A stretch of DNA of 64,000 nt from Escherichia phage fDHCT2. Below the pieces are notes generated by a model. The model ran no database searches. It was given only the letters and a program-made list of their open reading frames with translations, and was not told the DNA's origin. The first letter of the stretch is position 1, and each line of letters starts with the position of its first letter. The translations under genes and the position numbers were made by a program. Shown here one piece after another: positions 1 through 9,353 of this stretch. The DNA lies in sequence record OR427838.1, one strand, 5' to 3'.

Positions 1-9
1 GGCCCATAA

Positions 10-858
10 TTAGTAAACGTAATCGTATATAATACCAGCTTCTAAAGCGGTGCGATGAATAATTCGACCATTACGAGATTCTTGTACATCAACCTCTGGA
101 TAGTCGGTAATCATTTTTTGAAGTGTGTATCGGTGCAAATAATACGGGCTATCTGGGTTATCGGTTTTCCAGTCTTTGCCTTCAAGAGTCATTTTCTGAA
201 TTTCATCCATGACCCACCAACCGCACCGGATATAAGCTGAATTGCGTACTGGCAATGGGTGAACGTAAGGTAATTCGCCATCTGGAACAGGTGCGACTTT
301 AGCCGTGACTGTTACATTACCGGTTTTTGTGACAGTCGCCGGGTCATAATCAGTCGCCGAAACCACAACAGAAACTTCAATAACCTGTGAACCTTCGGCG
401 CTTGTGTCGATTGCTAGAGTATCCGTGGTGCCAACTACAGGAGAACCGTCTTTCTTCCAAGAATAGGCAAAAGTAGCGCCAGCAGGCGCGCCGACTACAT
501 CCGCTTTAAAAGAAGCTGGAGTGCCTTCAGGAACATTAATTGATTCTGGGGTTAATGTCACAGAAACACCAGACATAGTTTTATTCTGGATAGTTAAAGT
601 TGTTTCAGCTTCAGCTGTTTCTGGTTCGCCGTCCGCTGGTGTAGTTGTTGCAACCACTTTAATAGTCTTGCTGCCTGCTGGACCAACAGCAACATAATCC
701 ATTGCAGCAGTCACAGAAGATTGAGGAACGCCATCAACGGTCCAGACAAATGATTCAGTACCTTCAGCTGCAGCACCGGAACCGGTCGCAGTGAAATTGG
801 TTGTTGCTCCAATAACGGCCGTAGCCGCCAAAGGAGAAATATCTACGGTATAAGCCAT
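10..858 (-). CDS. hoc: Hoc-like outer capsid decoration protein (282 aa), Ig-like domains plus C-terminal capsid-binding region
   Basis: Complete ORF (stop at 10-12). Thr/Val/Ala-rich Ig-like repeats, then conserved C-terminal block (LPYVHPLP..CGWWVMDEIQKM..YYLHRYTLQKM) recalled from T4 Hoc; sits next to inh/uvsW as in T4. Confidence 0.8.
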   Translation of the reverse strand: MAYTVDISPLAATAVIGATTNFTATGSGAAAEGTESFVWTVDGVPQSSVTAAMDYVAVGPAGSKTIKVVATTTPADGEPETAEAETTLTIQNKTMSGVSVTLTPESINVPEGTPASFKADVVGAPAGATFAYSWKKDGSPVVGTTDTLAIDTSAEGSQVIEVSVVVSATDYDPATVTKTGNVTVTAKVAPVPDGELPYVHPLPVRNSAYIRCGWWVMDEIQKMTLEGKDWKTDNPDSPYYLHRYTLQKMITDYPEVDVQESRNGRIIHRTALEAGIIYDYVY

Positions 859-867
859 AATAAACCC

Positions 868-1539
868 TTATTTTAAAGTGACAAAAGATGAGTTACGAGT
901 TTCTCGTACTAGAACAGACCCATTACGATTGATGTAATAAATCAAGCTGAATAGTGTTTGGTGTGCGGTAGGATGTTGGAAACTGGTTGGACGTTCTTTC
1001 CAATCCGGAGTCTCAGAAATCCATTGGTAAATCCACCAAGGAACGGTGCAATAACCCGGGTTCTTACCGATAAGCAAAAGATTAGGACTGAAGTTTTCAG
1101 GTAAAGAGAATACAGGTTTTTCCGATTCGATAACCTTGGTTACAGCCTCTTTGAATTTCTCTTCGACAAACGGGACATCCTCTTCAATAATCTCTACCTT
1201 AGGAAGTTCGGCTACCTCTATTACTTCAACAACTGCCTCAGGAGCATCGAACAAAAGGGTGGCTTCTTCTTTAGCTGGTTCTACACCTTCGATAAAGTCA
1301 TTACCGCCGGTGAGTTCGTTATCAGCATCAATCAAATCAGAAATAGACAAACCTTCGGTTTCTGGAAGTGGTTCGTCAGCCAAGGCTTTAAGGCCTTCAG
1401 AGATATCGATAATCAAATTATCAAACGAACGGGTTTTCTTAAGTTTTAAACCGAACTGTTCGCCGTATTCGATTAACTTAGCTTTAGCTTCTTTTTTATC
1501 TTTGAGTGCACGAAGCTCTTCAATATATTGAGTATCCAT
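868..1539 (-). CDS. inh: Inh-like protein (inhibitor of prohead protease), 223 aa
   Basis: Size and position between hoc and uvsW match T4 inh; acidic central region; minus-strand late promoter upstream. Confidence 0.65.
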   Translation of the reverse strand: MDTQYIEELRALKDKKEAKAKLIEYGEQFGLKLKKTRSFDNLIIDISEGLKALADEPLPETEGLSISDLIDADNELTGGNDFIEGVEPAKEEATLLFDAPEAVVEVIEVAELPKVEIIEEDVPFVEEKFKEAVTKVIESEKPVFSLPENFSPNLLLIGKNPGYCTVPWWIYQWISETPDWKERPTSFQHPTAHQTLFSLIYYINRNGSVLVRETRNSSFVTLK

Positions 1540-1558
1540 AATTAGTCTCTTGTTGGTG

Positions 1559-1566
1559 TATAAATA
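1559..1566 (+). promoter_or_regulatory. Late promoter TATAAATA for uvsW
   Basis: Exact TATAAATA about 29 nt upstream of the uvsW ATG. Confidence 0.7.
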
Positions 1567-1572
1567 TAACTA

Positions 1573-1580
1573 TATTTATA
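1573..1580 (-). promoter_or_regulatory. Late promoter (TATAAATA on minus strand) for inh/hoc
   Basis: tatttata on plus strand = TATAAATA on minus, about 34 nt upstream of inh start; divergent with the uvsW late promoter. Confidence 0.6.
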
Positions 1581-1594
1581 ACTGAGAATTACTT

Positions 1595-3091
1595 ATGCAA
1601 ATTCAAGTACATTTTGATAATTTTAGTCATGTCCGTATCGAGTGTGATGAATCCACATTCTACGAACTTAGAGACTATTTTAGCTTTGAAGCTGATGGAT
1701 ATAAATTCAACCCTAAATTTCGTTATGGGCAATGGGATGGACGTATTCGTCTTCTAGATTATAACCGTAAACTGCCTTATGGACTTGTCCCTCAAATTAA
1801 AAAGTTCGCCGAACAATTTGAATACTCTCTGTGGATTGACCCACGTATTCTTGAACAGGAAGATATTTCTCGTGAAGATTTTGACTCATGGGTATCTTCT
1901 CAAGAAATTTATTCAGGGTCTACCAAGATTGAGCCTCATTGGTATCAGAATGAAGCCGTATACAACGGCCTGACAAAACGTCGTGCAATTCTGAATTTAC
2001 CTACATCCGCAGGTAAATCATTAATCCAGGCGCTCCTGAGTCGATATTACGTTGAGAACTATGAAGGTAAAATTCTTATCTTAGTTCCTACTACTGCCCT
2101 TGTCGACCAGATGATTAATGACTTCATCGATTATCGATTGTTCCCTAAAGCAGCAATGCTTGGTATTCGTTCAGGTACTGCTCGTGATTCTGATGCAATG
2201 ATTTACGTTTCAACTTATCAAACTGCTATCAAGCAACCTAAAGAATGGTTTGCTCAGTTTGGTATGTTTATGAATGACGAATGCCATTTGGCTACAGGTA
2301 AATCTATTTCTACTATCATCGAAGGCCTAACCAACTGTATGTTTAAATTCGGTTTGTCTGGTTCTTTAAAAGATGGTAAAGCTAATTTAATGCAATATAT
2401 GGGTTTGTTTGGTGATGTGTTTAAGCCAGTATCCACTTCACAGTTAATGGAAGAAGGACAGGTTACTGACCTTAAAATCAACAGTATTTTCCTTCGTTAT
2501 CCGGATGAATTCACTGTTAAGATGAAAGGTAAAGATTACCAATCAGAAATCAAGGTCATTACTAAGGCTACTCGTCGTAATAAATGGGTTGCTAATTTAG
2601 CTGTTAAACTCGCTAAGAAAGAAGAGAACGTATTCCTGATGTTTAAAAACATCGAACACGGAAAAACTCTTTTTGAAATGGTTAAAGAGCAACATAAAGA
2701 AGTTTATTACGTATCAGGTGAAGTTAATACCGAAACGCGTAATGCTCTGAAAGTAATGGCGGAAAATGGTAAGGGTATTATTGTTGTTGCAAGTTATGGT
2801 GTTTTCTCTACTGGTATTTCCGTTAAGAACCTTCACCACGTTGTATTTGCTCATCCAGTAAAATCTAAAATCATTGTACTCCAGACAATTGGTCGTGTAC
2901 TCCGTAAACATGCCTCTAAATCAACAGCACAGGTGTGGGATATCATCGACGACATGGGTGTTAAGCCTAAATCAGCTACGGCTAAAAAGAAATATGTTCA
3001 TTTGAACTACGCCCTCAAACACGCTTTAGAACGTATTCAACGTTATGCTGATGAGAAATTTAATTACGTAATGAAACAGGTGGATTTATGA
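1595..3091 (+). CDS. uvsW: UvsW DNA/RNA helicase (SF2)
   Basis: 498 aa; Walker A LPTSAGKS, DExH-like NDECH, strong recalled similarity to T4 UvsW along whole length. Confidence 0.95.
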   Translation: MQIQVHFDNFSHVRIECDESTFYELRDYFSFEADGYKFNPKFRYGQWDGRIRLLDYNRKLPYGLVPQIKKFAEQFEYSLWIDPRILEQEDISREDFDSWVSSQEIYSGSTKIEPHWYQNEAVYNGLTKRRAILNLPTSAGKSLIQALLSRYYVENYEGKILILVPTTALVDQMINDFIDYRLFPKAAMLGIRSGTARDSDAMIYVSTYQTAIKQPKEWFAQFGMFMNDECHLATGKSISTIIEGLTNCMFKFGLSGSLKDGKANLMQYMGLFGDVFKPVSTSQLMEEGQVTDLKINSIFLRYPDEFTVKMKGKDYQSEIKVITKATRRNKWVANLAVKLAKKEENVFLMFKNIEHGKTLFEMVKEQHKEVYYVSGEVNTETRNALKVMAENGKGIIVVASYGVFSTGISVKNLHHVVFAHPVKSKIIVLQTIGRVLRKHASKSTAQVWDIIDDMGVKPKSATAKKKYVHLNYALKHALERIQRYADEKFNYVMKQVDL

Positions 3092-3315
3092 AAACCTTTA
3101 AAGAAGTTATTCAAGAAGCATCTATTGAAAGCTTCATGGCTAAAATTGGTTCTTGTCAGACTATGGACGGTCTGAAGGAATTGGAAAAGTATTACAAAAC
3201 TCGTAGTAAGGAAGCCGAACTTCGTGATTCGGATGATATTAGCGTGCGTGATGCATTGGCTGGTAAGAGAGCTGAATTGGAGTCGATGGACGACGAGGAA
3301 GAGGAAGATTTCTAA
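3088..3315 (+). CDS. uvsW.1: UvsW.1 small acidic protein (75 aa)
   Basis: ATGA overlap with uvsW stop; acidic C-terminus (DDEEEEDF); T4 has a 76-aa uvsW.1 here. Confidence 0.8.
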   Translation: MKTFKEVIQEASIESFMAKIGSCQTMDGLKELEKYYKTRSKEAELRDSDDISVRDALAGKRAELESMDDEEEEDF

Positions 3316-3323
3316 ACAAAAAA

Positions 3324-3345
3324 GGCCCAACCTTTCGGAAGGGCC
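3324..3345 (-). terminator. Stem-loop with T-run on minus strand (intrinsic terminator, possibly bidirectional)
   Basis: ggcccaacctttcggaagggcc imperfect hairpin; minus strand followed by TTTTTTG; lies between convergent uvsW.1 and the minus-strand small ORFs. Confidence 0.5.
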
Positions 3346-3374
3346 AATAACCATAAATGGCTATACACACTAGA

Positions 3375-3542
3375 CTAAAGTAGTAATTGGGTTTCGTTCA
3401 GCTGTTCTTCAGTGTTTTCCGTAACAGGCAGGCTTTGAACGTAATTATAACATGAGCCCGGATGAACCGGACCTTTTTCTGTTTCAACAACCAATGCAGC
3501 ATCGATTGGAGTTTTACAGACAACGCAAATCTTATCTGACAT
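3375..3542 (-). CDS. Small Cys-containing protein (55 aa), uvsY.-2-like
   Basis: ORF below the 60-aa track cutoff, read by hand: MSDKICVVCKTPIDAALVVETEKGPVHPGSCYNY..; ATG at 3540-3542, stop 3375-3377; T4 has small ORFs at this position. Confidence 0.45.
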   Translation of the reverse strand: MSDKICVVCKTPIDAALVVETEKGPVHPGSCYNYVQSLPVTENTEEQLNETQLLL

Positions 3543-3570
3543 GATTGTCTCCTTAGTTTAACTTACATAT

Positions 3571-3669
3571 CTATTTATTACTTGATAAAGCAGTATTAAT
3601 GAATTCTTGAAGAAGTTTCATTTTATCGGCATCTACTTTAATGGGTTTGGTATTTTTAGTACGTCTCAT
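3571..3669 (-). CDS. Small basic ORF (32 aa), uvsY.-1-like
   Basis: MRRTKNTKPIKVDADKMKLLQEFINTALSSNK; ATG immediately follows the uvsY stop (TAAATG), AGGT/GAGG upstream. Confidence 0.3.
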   Translation of the reverse strand: MRRTKNTKPIKVDADKMKLLQEFINTALSSNK

Positions 3670-4104
3670 TTATTTACCTGCCTCAAATTGTCTCATCTCA
3701 TGCATGGTCTTAAGGTTAAAACCACGCGCCTTAATAGCATCAAGTGCTGAACTACAAAAGTCCTGTAATAAAGCCCAATACTGAATTGATGTGTCGATTT
3801 TAATTACACTAGAATCCGCAGCCATAACGGTCTTTAATTCAGACTTCTCATACTGGTCCATACAAACCTCATCACCAGGCTCTCCACGTCCCGTGTAGAA
3901 ATCTAATCGCTTCTTAAGTGAGGTCTTTTTCTGGATTTCTAATCTCATTATTTCTTTCTTACAATTCGTATACAGCCTTAGCCATTTGCTGTGCAGCAAA
4001 ACGTTGTTCTGTACTTCATATTGTAAACGAGTTCCATCAATCTTTAAATCCTCGTCTAATGCGTCCTGAAATGATTCTAATTTATATTCAATCTCTTTAC
4101 TCAT
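3670..4104 (-). CDS. uvsY: UvsY recombination mediator
   Basis: Start taken at internal Met (MSKEIEYK..) with AGGAAA SD; strong similarity to T4 UvsY incl. C-terminal ..DAIKARGF..EAGK. Confidence 0.9.
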   Translation of the reverse strand: MSKEIEYKLESFQDALDEDLKIDGTRLQYEVQNNVLLHSKWLRLYTNCKKEIMRLEIQKKTSLKKRLDFYTGRGEPGDEVCMDQYEKSELKTVMAADSSVIKIDTSIQYWALLQDFCSSALDAIKARGFNLKTMHEMRQFEAGK

Positions 4105-4135
4105 CGCATGTTTCCTGTGTAATAACCATAGGACC

Positions 4136-4162
4136 ATTATACACTATTCATTTGAACAGCAA
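4136..4162 (-). promoter_or_regulatory. Putative MotA-dependent middle promoter for uvsY
   Basis: Minus strand reads ..aaTTGCTGttca..(about 20 nt)..TATAAT..: MotA-box-like TGCT motif near -30 plus -10 TATAAT, about 35 nt upstream of the uvsY ATG. Confidence 0.4.
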
Positions 4163-4552
4163 TTAACCACTCTGTGAGAGCTGGATTCTAATTTGCTCTA
4201 ATGTATCCGGGTCATCAACTATACTAAACTGAACCGTCACTATAATCGAGTTATCATCATACACAGGTGTCACACCTACAGCCAGGGTAGAAATTCTGGG
4301 TTCGAAGTTCCGCACAGCGGAAACTATATTACGCTTAATGGTATCCGTGATTAGTGGAGTAATATTTTCAAACAATTGGTTACTGATGTCACAACCAAAT
4401 TCAGGCATAAAAGGGCGTGAACCTTTGCGAGTAGTAATAATGCCTAACAAACTATTTTTTACTGCACGAGCGCCTGTGGCTTTAGCGACGTCTCTATTCC
4501 AAGACGTCCTCATTTCAGGGTCTAAATCTGAATACATTTTATTGATATTCAT
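4163..4552 (-). CDS. 25: Baseplate wedge protein gp25
   Basis: 129 aa; near-identical blocks to T4 gp25 (LLGIITTRKGSRPF.PEFGCD, VRNFEPRI). Confidence 0.9.
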   Translation of the reverse strand: MNINKMYSDLDPEMRTSWNRDVAKATGARAVKNSLLGIITTRKGSRPFMPEFGCDISNQLFENITPLITDTIKRNIVSAVRNFEPRISTLAVGVTPVYDDNSIIVTVQFSIVDDPDTLEQIRIQLSQSG

Positions 4553-5175
4553 TACATCACCTTAAAGAACTCTTTAAGTCCCTCAATAACGTGGACGGTA
4601 TGTTCACCACATTCACAAGAAATAGGTATAGCCAAAATAGGCTTAGGGGCGACTAGGGCATCATAAACTTCTTTTATGTCTTTTTCTGTTATCGCAGAAT
4701 AAAGGTCATCAAGTTCCGCATCACTTAAATCGGAAAGAAAAAGCTTTTCGCCTGCAGAAGTTAAAATATAATCGATACACCCTGCGACCATCATAGCTCT
4801 ATTTTTATCTTCAAAGAGTTTAGGATATCTGAAAACAATTTTAAAGTTGCCAAAGTCTTTAATAACATCAGGCTCTTTACCTAATGTTGCGCGAGTTAGT
4901 GTCATAGGGACAACCTGTGAGCGACCACAACTACAAACCCACTCACGTTCTATATTCACTTCAGCTAATGAATGGGCCCACAGGTTTATCACCAGGAGCT
5001 CAGATTCCTGCTTGTTTAAATCACGAGCATCTGTGCAATTCGAAATGAGTTCATTGATAAAGGACTCTATTCTGCCTTCTAATTTAGCTTGGAGCAAGTC
5101 CTTATACTCTCTGAGGGTAAATGCTCTGCATTTTATGGTTTTGTTTTTAATTTTTACGTCAAAAGTATAATTCAT
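4552..5175 (-). CDS. 26: Baseplate hub subunit gp26
   Basis: 207 aa; position between 25 and 51, size as T4 gp26; late promoter and SD upstream. Confidence 0.8.
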   Translation of the reverse strand: MNYTFDVKIKNKTIKCRAFTLREYKDLLQAKLEGRIESFINELISNCTDARDLNKQESELLVINLWAHSLAEVNIEREWVCSCGRSQVVPMTLTRATLGKEPDVIKDFGNFKIVFRYPKLFEDKNRAMMVAGCIDYILTSAGEKLFLSDLSDAELDDLYSAITEKDIKEVYDALVAPKPILAIPISCECGEHTVHVIEGLKEFFKVM

Positions 5176-5193
5176 TGTCTTCTCCTTTAAGCT

Positions 5194-5201
5194 TATTTAT
5201 A
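5194..5201 (-). promoter_or_regulatory. Late promoter (minus) for 26-25
   Basis: Palindromic TATTTATAAATA: minus-strand TATAAATA about 19 nt upstream of the gp26 ATG. Confidence 0.6.
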
Positions 5202-5205
5202 AATA
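5198..5205 (+). promoter_or_regulatory. Late promoter (plus) for 51-27-28-29-48-54
   Basis: TATAAATA about 21 nt upstream of gp51 ATG, followed by SD AAGAGGA. Confidence 0.65.
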
Positions 5206-5225
5206 CATCAATAAGAGGACACCCT

Positions 5226-5978
5226 ATGGCTAATATAGTACGTTGTGAAATGCCTGATGGAGTCCACCGATTTAAACCTTTTACAGTAGCTGATTATCGT
5301 GATTTTATTTTGATTCGAAATGACATGAATAATAAATCACCTGAAGAGCAAAAACAAATTTTAGATGAGTTACTGGAAGAATACTTCGGTGAATATCCTA
5401 TGTCATGGCGCCCGTATATGTTCATTGAACTTTACACGTCATCACTCGGCAAGACAAAAATTCCTATCCGATACACTTGTAGTAAGTGTGAAAAGGATAG
5501 ACAAGTCTTATTCAATTTGAAACAGGCCAAGTTAGATAACCCTACAATTGAAGTGGCAGGCTTGAAGCTAACATTCAAATTTCCGGAAATAGAATATCAC
5601 GATAAATCTGAATTGATTTTGAACACCCTCCAAACCGTAGAAGATGAAAATGGAAAATATAATTGGACTGACCTTTCTGAAGAAGACCAATTAGCCGTAA
5701 TAGATGCTATAGACTTGTCCACTTTAGAGGATATAGTCAAACAAACAAGCCCTATTCATTTCGAACTCAAATATGGATGCTGTAATCGTAGAACAATTAC
5801 GTATACCGATATTTTAGAGGTGTTTAAGCTTATAGTCAATCCGGATGAGATATTTTTATTTTACCAAATAAACCATTTATTGGTAAAGAACAATTATTCA
5901 TTAGAAAGCATTATGCAGATGATTCCAATCGAACGCGGCATTGCTTTGTCTTTGGTTGAAAAGGACCTTAAGAAATGA
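5226..5978 (+). CDS. 51: Baseplate hub assembly protein gp51
   Basis: Start at internal ATG 5226 (SD AAGAGGAC, downstream of late promoter); 250 aa, position as T4 gene 51. Confidence 0.8.
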   Translation: MANIVRCEMPDGVHRFKPFTVADYRDFILIRNDMNNKSPEEQKQILDELLEEYFGEYPMSWRPYMFIELYTSSLGKTKIPIRYTCSKCEKDRQVLFNLKQAKLDNPTIEVAGLKLTFKFPEIEYHDKSELILNTLQTVEDENGKYNWTDLSEEDQLAVIDAIDLSTLEDIVKQTSPIHFELKYGCCNRRTITYTDILEVFKLIVNPDEIFLFYQINHLLVKNNYSLESIMQMIPIERGIALSLVEKDLKK

Positions 5979-7144
5979 GTTCAAAAACTATGCAGCGTGA
6001 AGGCTTTCCTAATATTAGTATACGCCTTTACGAAGATTATGACGCCTGGTTAGAGCATCGTTTTGTTGAACTAGGCGCGACATTTACTACTCTAACAATG
6101 CGAGACGGGCTTTACGGTAGTAATGAAGGATTGCTCCAGTTTTATGATGCAAAAAACCTTCATACTAAAATGGATGGTGAGCAGATTATCCAAGTTTCTG
6201 TTAAGAATGCCAACTCGGAACGTACCCAATCAAGAATTTACGGAAGTAAACACTTTGCAGTAGGGGTGGATTCTAAGGGCGACAATATCATAACAATACA
6301 ACTCGCCCCTATCCACTTTTTAGAAAATCTTAAATTCGGACGTATGTTCTTCCCTAGTGTTCAAGAAACATTAACAGAAATGATTGGTGTTATTTACCAA
6401 GACCGTCCGTTACTTGCTCCTCCTTTGAACGGAATAAACGTTTACGTTCCTAATGTTCCTTGGTGTGATTCAATGGACCGTTATATGGAATTTGTACGAG
6501 AAGTAGGTATGGCTGTTGAATCTGATAAATTTGTATTTGTCTGGGAAGATATAGATGGTATTTCTATTATGGACTACGAATTTATGGTTAATCAAGAGCC
6601 AATTAATTTTGTGGTAGGTGAGCCTCGTTTAATAGGCCAATATGTTCAAGATATGGATACTCCTATCGCATTTGATTTTGAATGGTTAACTAAAGCCAAC
6701 CAGCATTCCAGAAAGCCATATGAAAACGCTACTATATACGCCCACTCTTTCTTAGACAAAAACGCCACACGAATTACTTTTGGCGATGGGCAAAACAGTA
6801 TATTGGTTTCTCGCTCTGGTGGATATTCTGATTATACCTACCGAAACGGATTTGAAGAAGCCGATAGATTAGTTACTATGGCCCAATACGACGGCTACGC
6901 GCATTGTAAGGTATACGGTAACTTTGAACTAACTCCAGGCGATAAGATTAATTTCTATGACCCTAAAAACCAATTCCAATACGATTTTTATGTAGACGAA
7001 GTTATTCATGAAGTGAGTAACAATACATCAATTACAAACCTTTATATGTTTACTAATGGTAAGCCTATTAAGATTGAAGAACCACCGAAGGTTAAAAATG
7101 AACTTAAAACTGATACTCCCGATCAAGAAAATAACGCTGGGTGA
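5975..7144 (+). CDS. 27: Baseplate hub subunit gp27
   Basis: 389 aa (T4 gp27 391 aa); ATGA overlap with gene 51 stop. Confidence 0.9.
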   Translation: MSSKTMQREGFPNISIRLYEDYDAWLEHRFVELGATFTTLTMRDGLYGSNEGLLQFYDAKNLHTKMDGEQIIQVSVKNANSERTQSRIYGSKHFAVGVDSKGDNIITIQLAPIHFLENLKFGRMFFPSVQETLTEMIGVIYQDRPLLAPPLNGINVYVPNVPWCDSMDRYMEFVREVGMAVESDKFVFVWEDIDGISIMDYEFMVNQEPINFVVGEPRLIGQYVQDMDTPIAFDFEWLTKANQHSRKPYENATIYAHSFLDKNATRITFGDGQNSILVSRSGGYSDYTYRNGFEEADRLVTMAQYDGYAHCKVYGNFELTPGDKINFYDPKNQFQYDFYVDEVIHEVSNNTSITNLYMFTNGKPIKIEEPPKVKNELKTDTPDQENNAG

Positions 7145-7625
7145 CAAAGAGATTTCCATTCCTAAATTGGGTCTTAAACACCAGAAATTGGTTAAAGATG
7201 AAAAGGACCCTTACAAGGCTCTTCACATATTAATGAATTCCATTTATAAAGATTTATCCGCGGCAGAGACTGATTTTGCCGCTCTTCACCTTTTAGAATT
7301 CAATGGAAGATTAAAAAGTAAAGTAACCAAAGACGGGTTTACTTATAACTTAAATGACCTTTATATCTGCCAACGACTTGAATTCCAATTCCAAGGTAAA
7401 ACATTTAAATTTAAATCACATGAACCATTTCAAACATTTGGACCTGTTGATAGTGTATTACAGTCCCTTTACCTTGGTGATGATGTACCAGATTTTCTGG
7501 ATATGCCTGCCTTTGTTGCTACATGGGCCGACGATATAACTTCTACTATAGCTATCCCTGGTCCTAATGGTCCTATCAAAGGATTGCTTAAAATCATGGA
7601 TATCTTAAATGAAGAACGAATCTAA
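7098..7625 (+). CDS. 28: Baseplate hub distal subunit gp28
   Basis: Internal ATG 7098 with GAAGG SD gives 175 aa (T4 gp28 177 aa); overlaps gp27 3' end by 47 nt. Confidence 0.75.
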   Translation: MNLKLILPIKKITLGDKEISIPKLGLKHQKLVKDEKDPYKALHILMNSIYKDLSAAETDFAALHLLEFNGRLKSKVTKDGFTYNLNDLYICQRLEFQFQGKTFKFKSHEPFQTFGPVDSVLQSLYLGDDVPDFLDMPAFVATWADDITSTIAIPGPNGPIKGLLKIMDILNEERI

Positions 7626-9345
7626 TCAGAATAGTTTTCGTCGCAATAAACTGATTGAAGAAATGGCTCCTCAGCGTCGTGCTGAGGCGCTAGCCCAAAC
7701 TCAGAACGACGAATTAGGAAATATATCAGATGTTTTATCCGATTCCCAGGCGGCGTCTGAATTGCTCTCTGAAGTGGTTGAGACAAAGTCCAATCAGATT
7801 ATTAGTTCTGTAGACCGAGTAGATAAAAGCGTCCAAGATGTTGTTGCTGGGACAGAATTAACGGCTGAAGCTATATCAGAACAAACTCAACAATCTAAAG
7901 CTCTTTCGGATGCACTAAACGAAAAGATTAATAAGCTTTCTAATATGTTAGAGGCTAAATTTTCTGGTATTTCTATTCCACCGGAAGGGAGTTCATTAAA
8001 GGTTATTGAAGACTCTATTCCGGAAGAACCTAAGGCCGAAACTCCTAAAGTTCCTGCTGTTGTTGAAGATATTCTTCCGCCCGAAGATAATAAACCTGAC
8101 GCTGAATTTATGCCCGAGCCTCCTAAAAATTCAGATGAAGGTAAAGAAGGTGATAAGACTTCTCTTTCTGATAAAATTGAAGCCCTTACTAAAATAACTG
8201 AAAAGGGATTTAAAGCTTCTATAGGCGTCGCTGATAGAATTTCAGGCATGCTTTTTAAGTATACCATTACCGCTGCCGCTGAAGCTGCTAAACTCGCCGC
8301 AGGTTTAGTCCTTTTAATATTTGGTATAGATGCCATTCGTGTGTACTTCCAATATTTCATGGACCAATTTGAGTCAGGGTGGAAAGAATTTAATGATAAG
8401 TTTAAAGAGTGGGGCCCGTTACTTGAAGGATTAATGACATGGGCCAAGAATGCCGAAGCTATGTTTAGTGAAGGGAACTGGTTAGGTCTGGCTGAAGCCA
8501 TTATTCGTGGTATGGTTAATCTTACTAAAAATATGGCCCAGCTTTTAATGCTCGGTATTTCTAAGTTGATTTCTGCTATTTTAAGTAAAATACCTGGTAT
8601 GGGTGAGATGGCTGAAAACGTAGAGGCTTCCGCTTTAATGTCGTATCAACAAAATACAGGGGCCACTTTGGATGATGAAGACCAAACTAAAGTAGCCAAG
8701 TACCATGATAGGCGTTCTGCCGAGGCTTTAGAAACGGCCGAGAAAATGAATAAGAAGTATAAGGATAAACCCGAGCTTATAAACCGAGCAGAGAAATACG
8801 GTAATCTTACTAAAGAACAAGCTGACCAATTACGTGCAGGTGGAATTGACACAAGCTTCCGTGACCTCCCTGAAGAAGAACGATTAGAGTATTTCAAGAA
8901 GCGTGATAAAGCCCAAGCCGATATTATTCGTTTGACTCAAACTGCTGATAATATAATGAAGCCTGATTCTAAAGATATCGAAAATGCTAAAGCATTTAAA
9001 GCTGATATCGAGAAACAATTGGCCGACCCTATTATGGCTAAAGGCGGAGCACCGAAGGACCTTAATATCCAGCAATTACTTGATAAGATGAATAAATCTT
9101 TAGAGAAATTTAATGAAGCCGAAAAGCCTAAACCTGCTTCTGTAGCGGAATCTCCTGAAAATACCCAGGTTAAAAAGGTGGATGAGCAAATGAGAGCAAA
9201 GGAAAATGCTAAATATAGTCAGCAAGCTCCAACTCAAATAAATCAGCAAACGAATATCAAGAAAACGAGTAAGACTAGTTATAATTTACCTCCGCAGTCT
9301 TCTACTCCTGCTCCTGGTATGCGTCAAGCTACTAAAGTTAATTAG
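7609..9345 (+). CDS. 29: Baseplate hub/tail length determining protein gp29
   Basis: 578 aa; long low-complexity helical protein at the T4 gene 29 position. Confidence 0.85.
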   Translation: MKNESNQNSFRRNKLIEEMAPQRRAEALAQTQNDELGNISDVLSDSQAASELLSEVVETKSNQIISSVDRVDKSVQDVVAGTELTAEAISEQTQQSKALSDALNEKINKLSNMLEAKFSGISIPPEGSSLKVIEDSIPEEPKAETPKVPAVVEDILPPEDNKPDAEFMPEPPKNSDEGKEGDKTSLSDKIEALTKITEKGFKASIGVADRISGMLFKYTITAAAEAAKLAAGLVLLIFGIDAIRVYFQYFMDQFESGWKEFNDKFKEWGPLLEGLMTWAKNAEAMFSEGNWLGLAEAIIRGMVNLTKNMAQLLMLGISKLISAILSKIPGMGEMAENVEASALMSYQQNTGATLDDEDQTKVAKYHDRRSAEALETAEKMNKKYKDKPELINRAEKYGNLTKEQADQLRAGGIDTSFRDLPEEERLEYFKKRDKAQADIIRLTQTADNIMKPDSKDIENAKAFKADIEKQLADPIMAKGGAPKDLNIQQLLDKMNKSLEKFNEAEKPKPASVAESPENTQVKKVDEQMRAKENAKYSQQAPTQINQQTNIKKTSKTSYNLPPQSSTPAPGMRQATKVN

Positions 9346-9353
9346 GATTAATA

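Noticed and set aside
1136-1531. Ser-rich 131-aa plus-strand ORF overlapping inh
   Set aside because: Antisense to inh, low complexity, no ribosome-binding site; inh is supported by synteny and promoter context.
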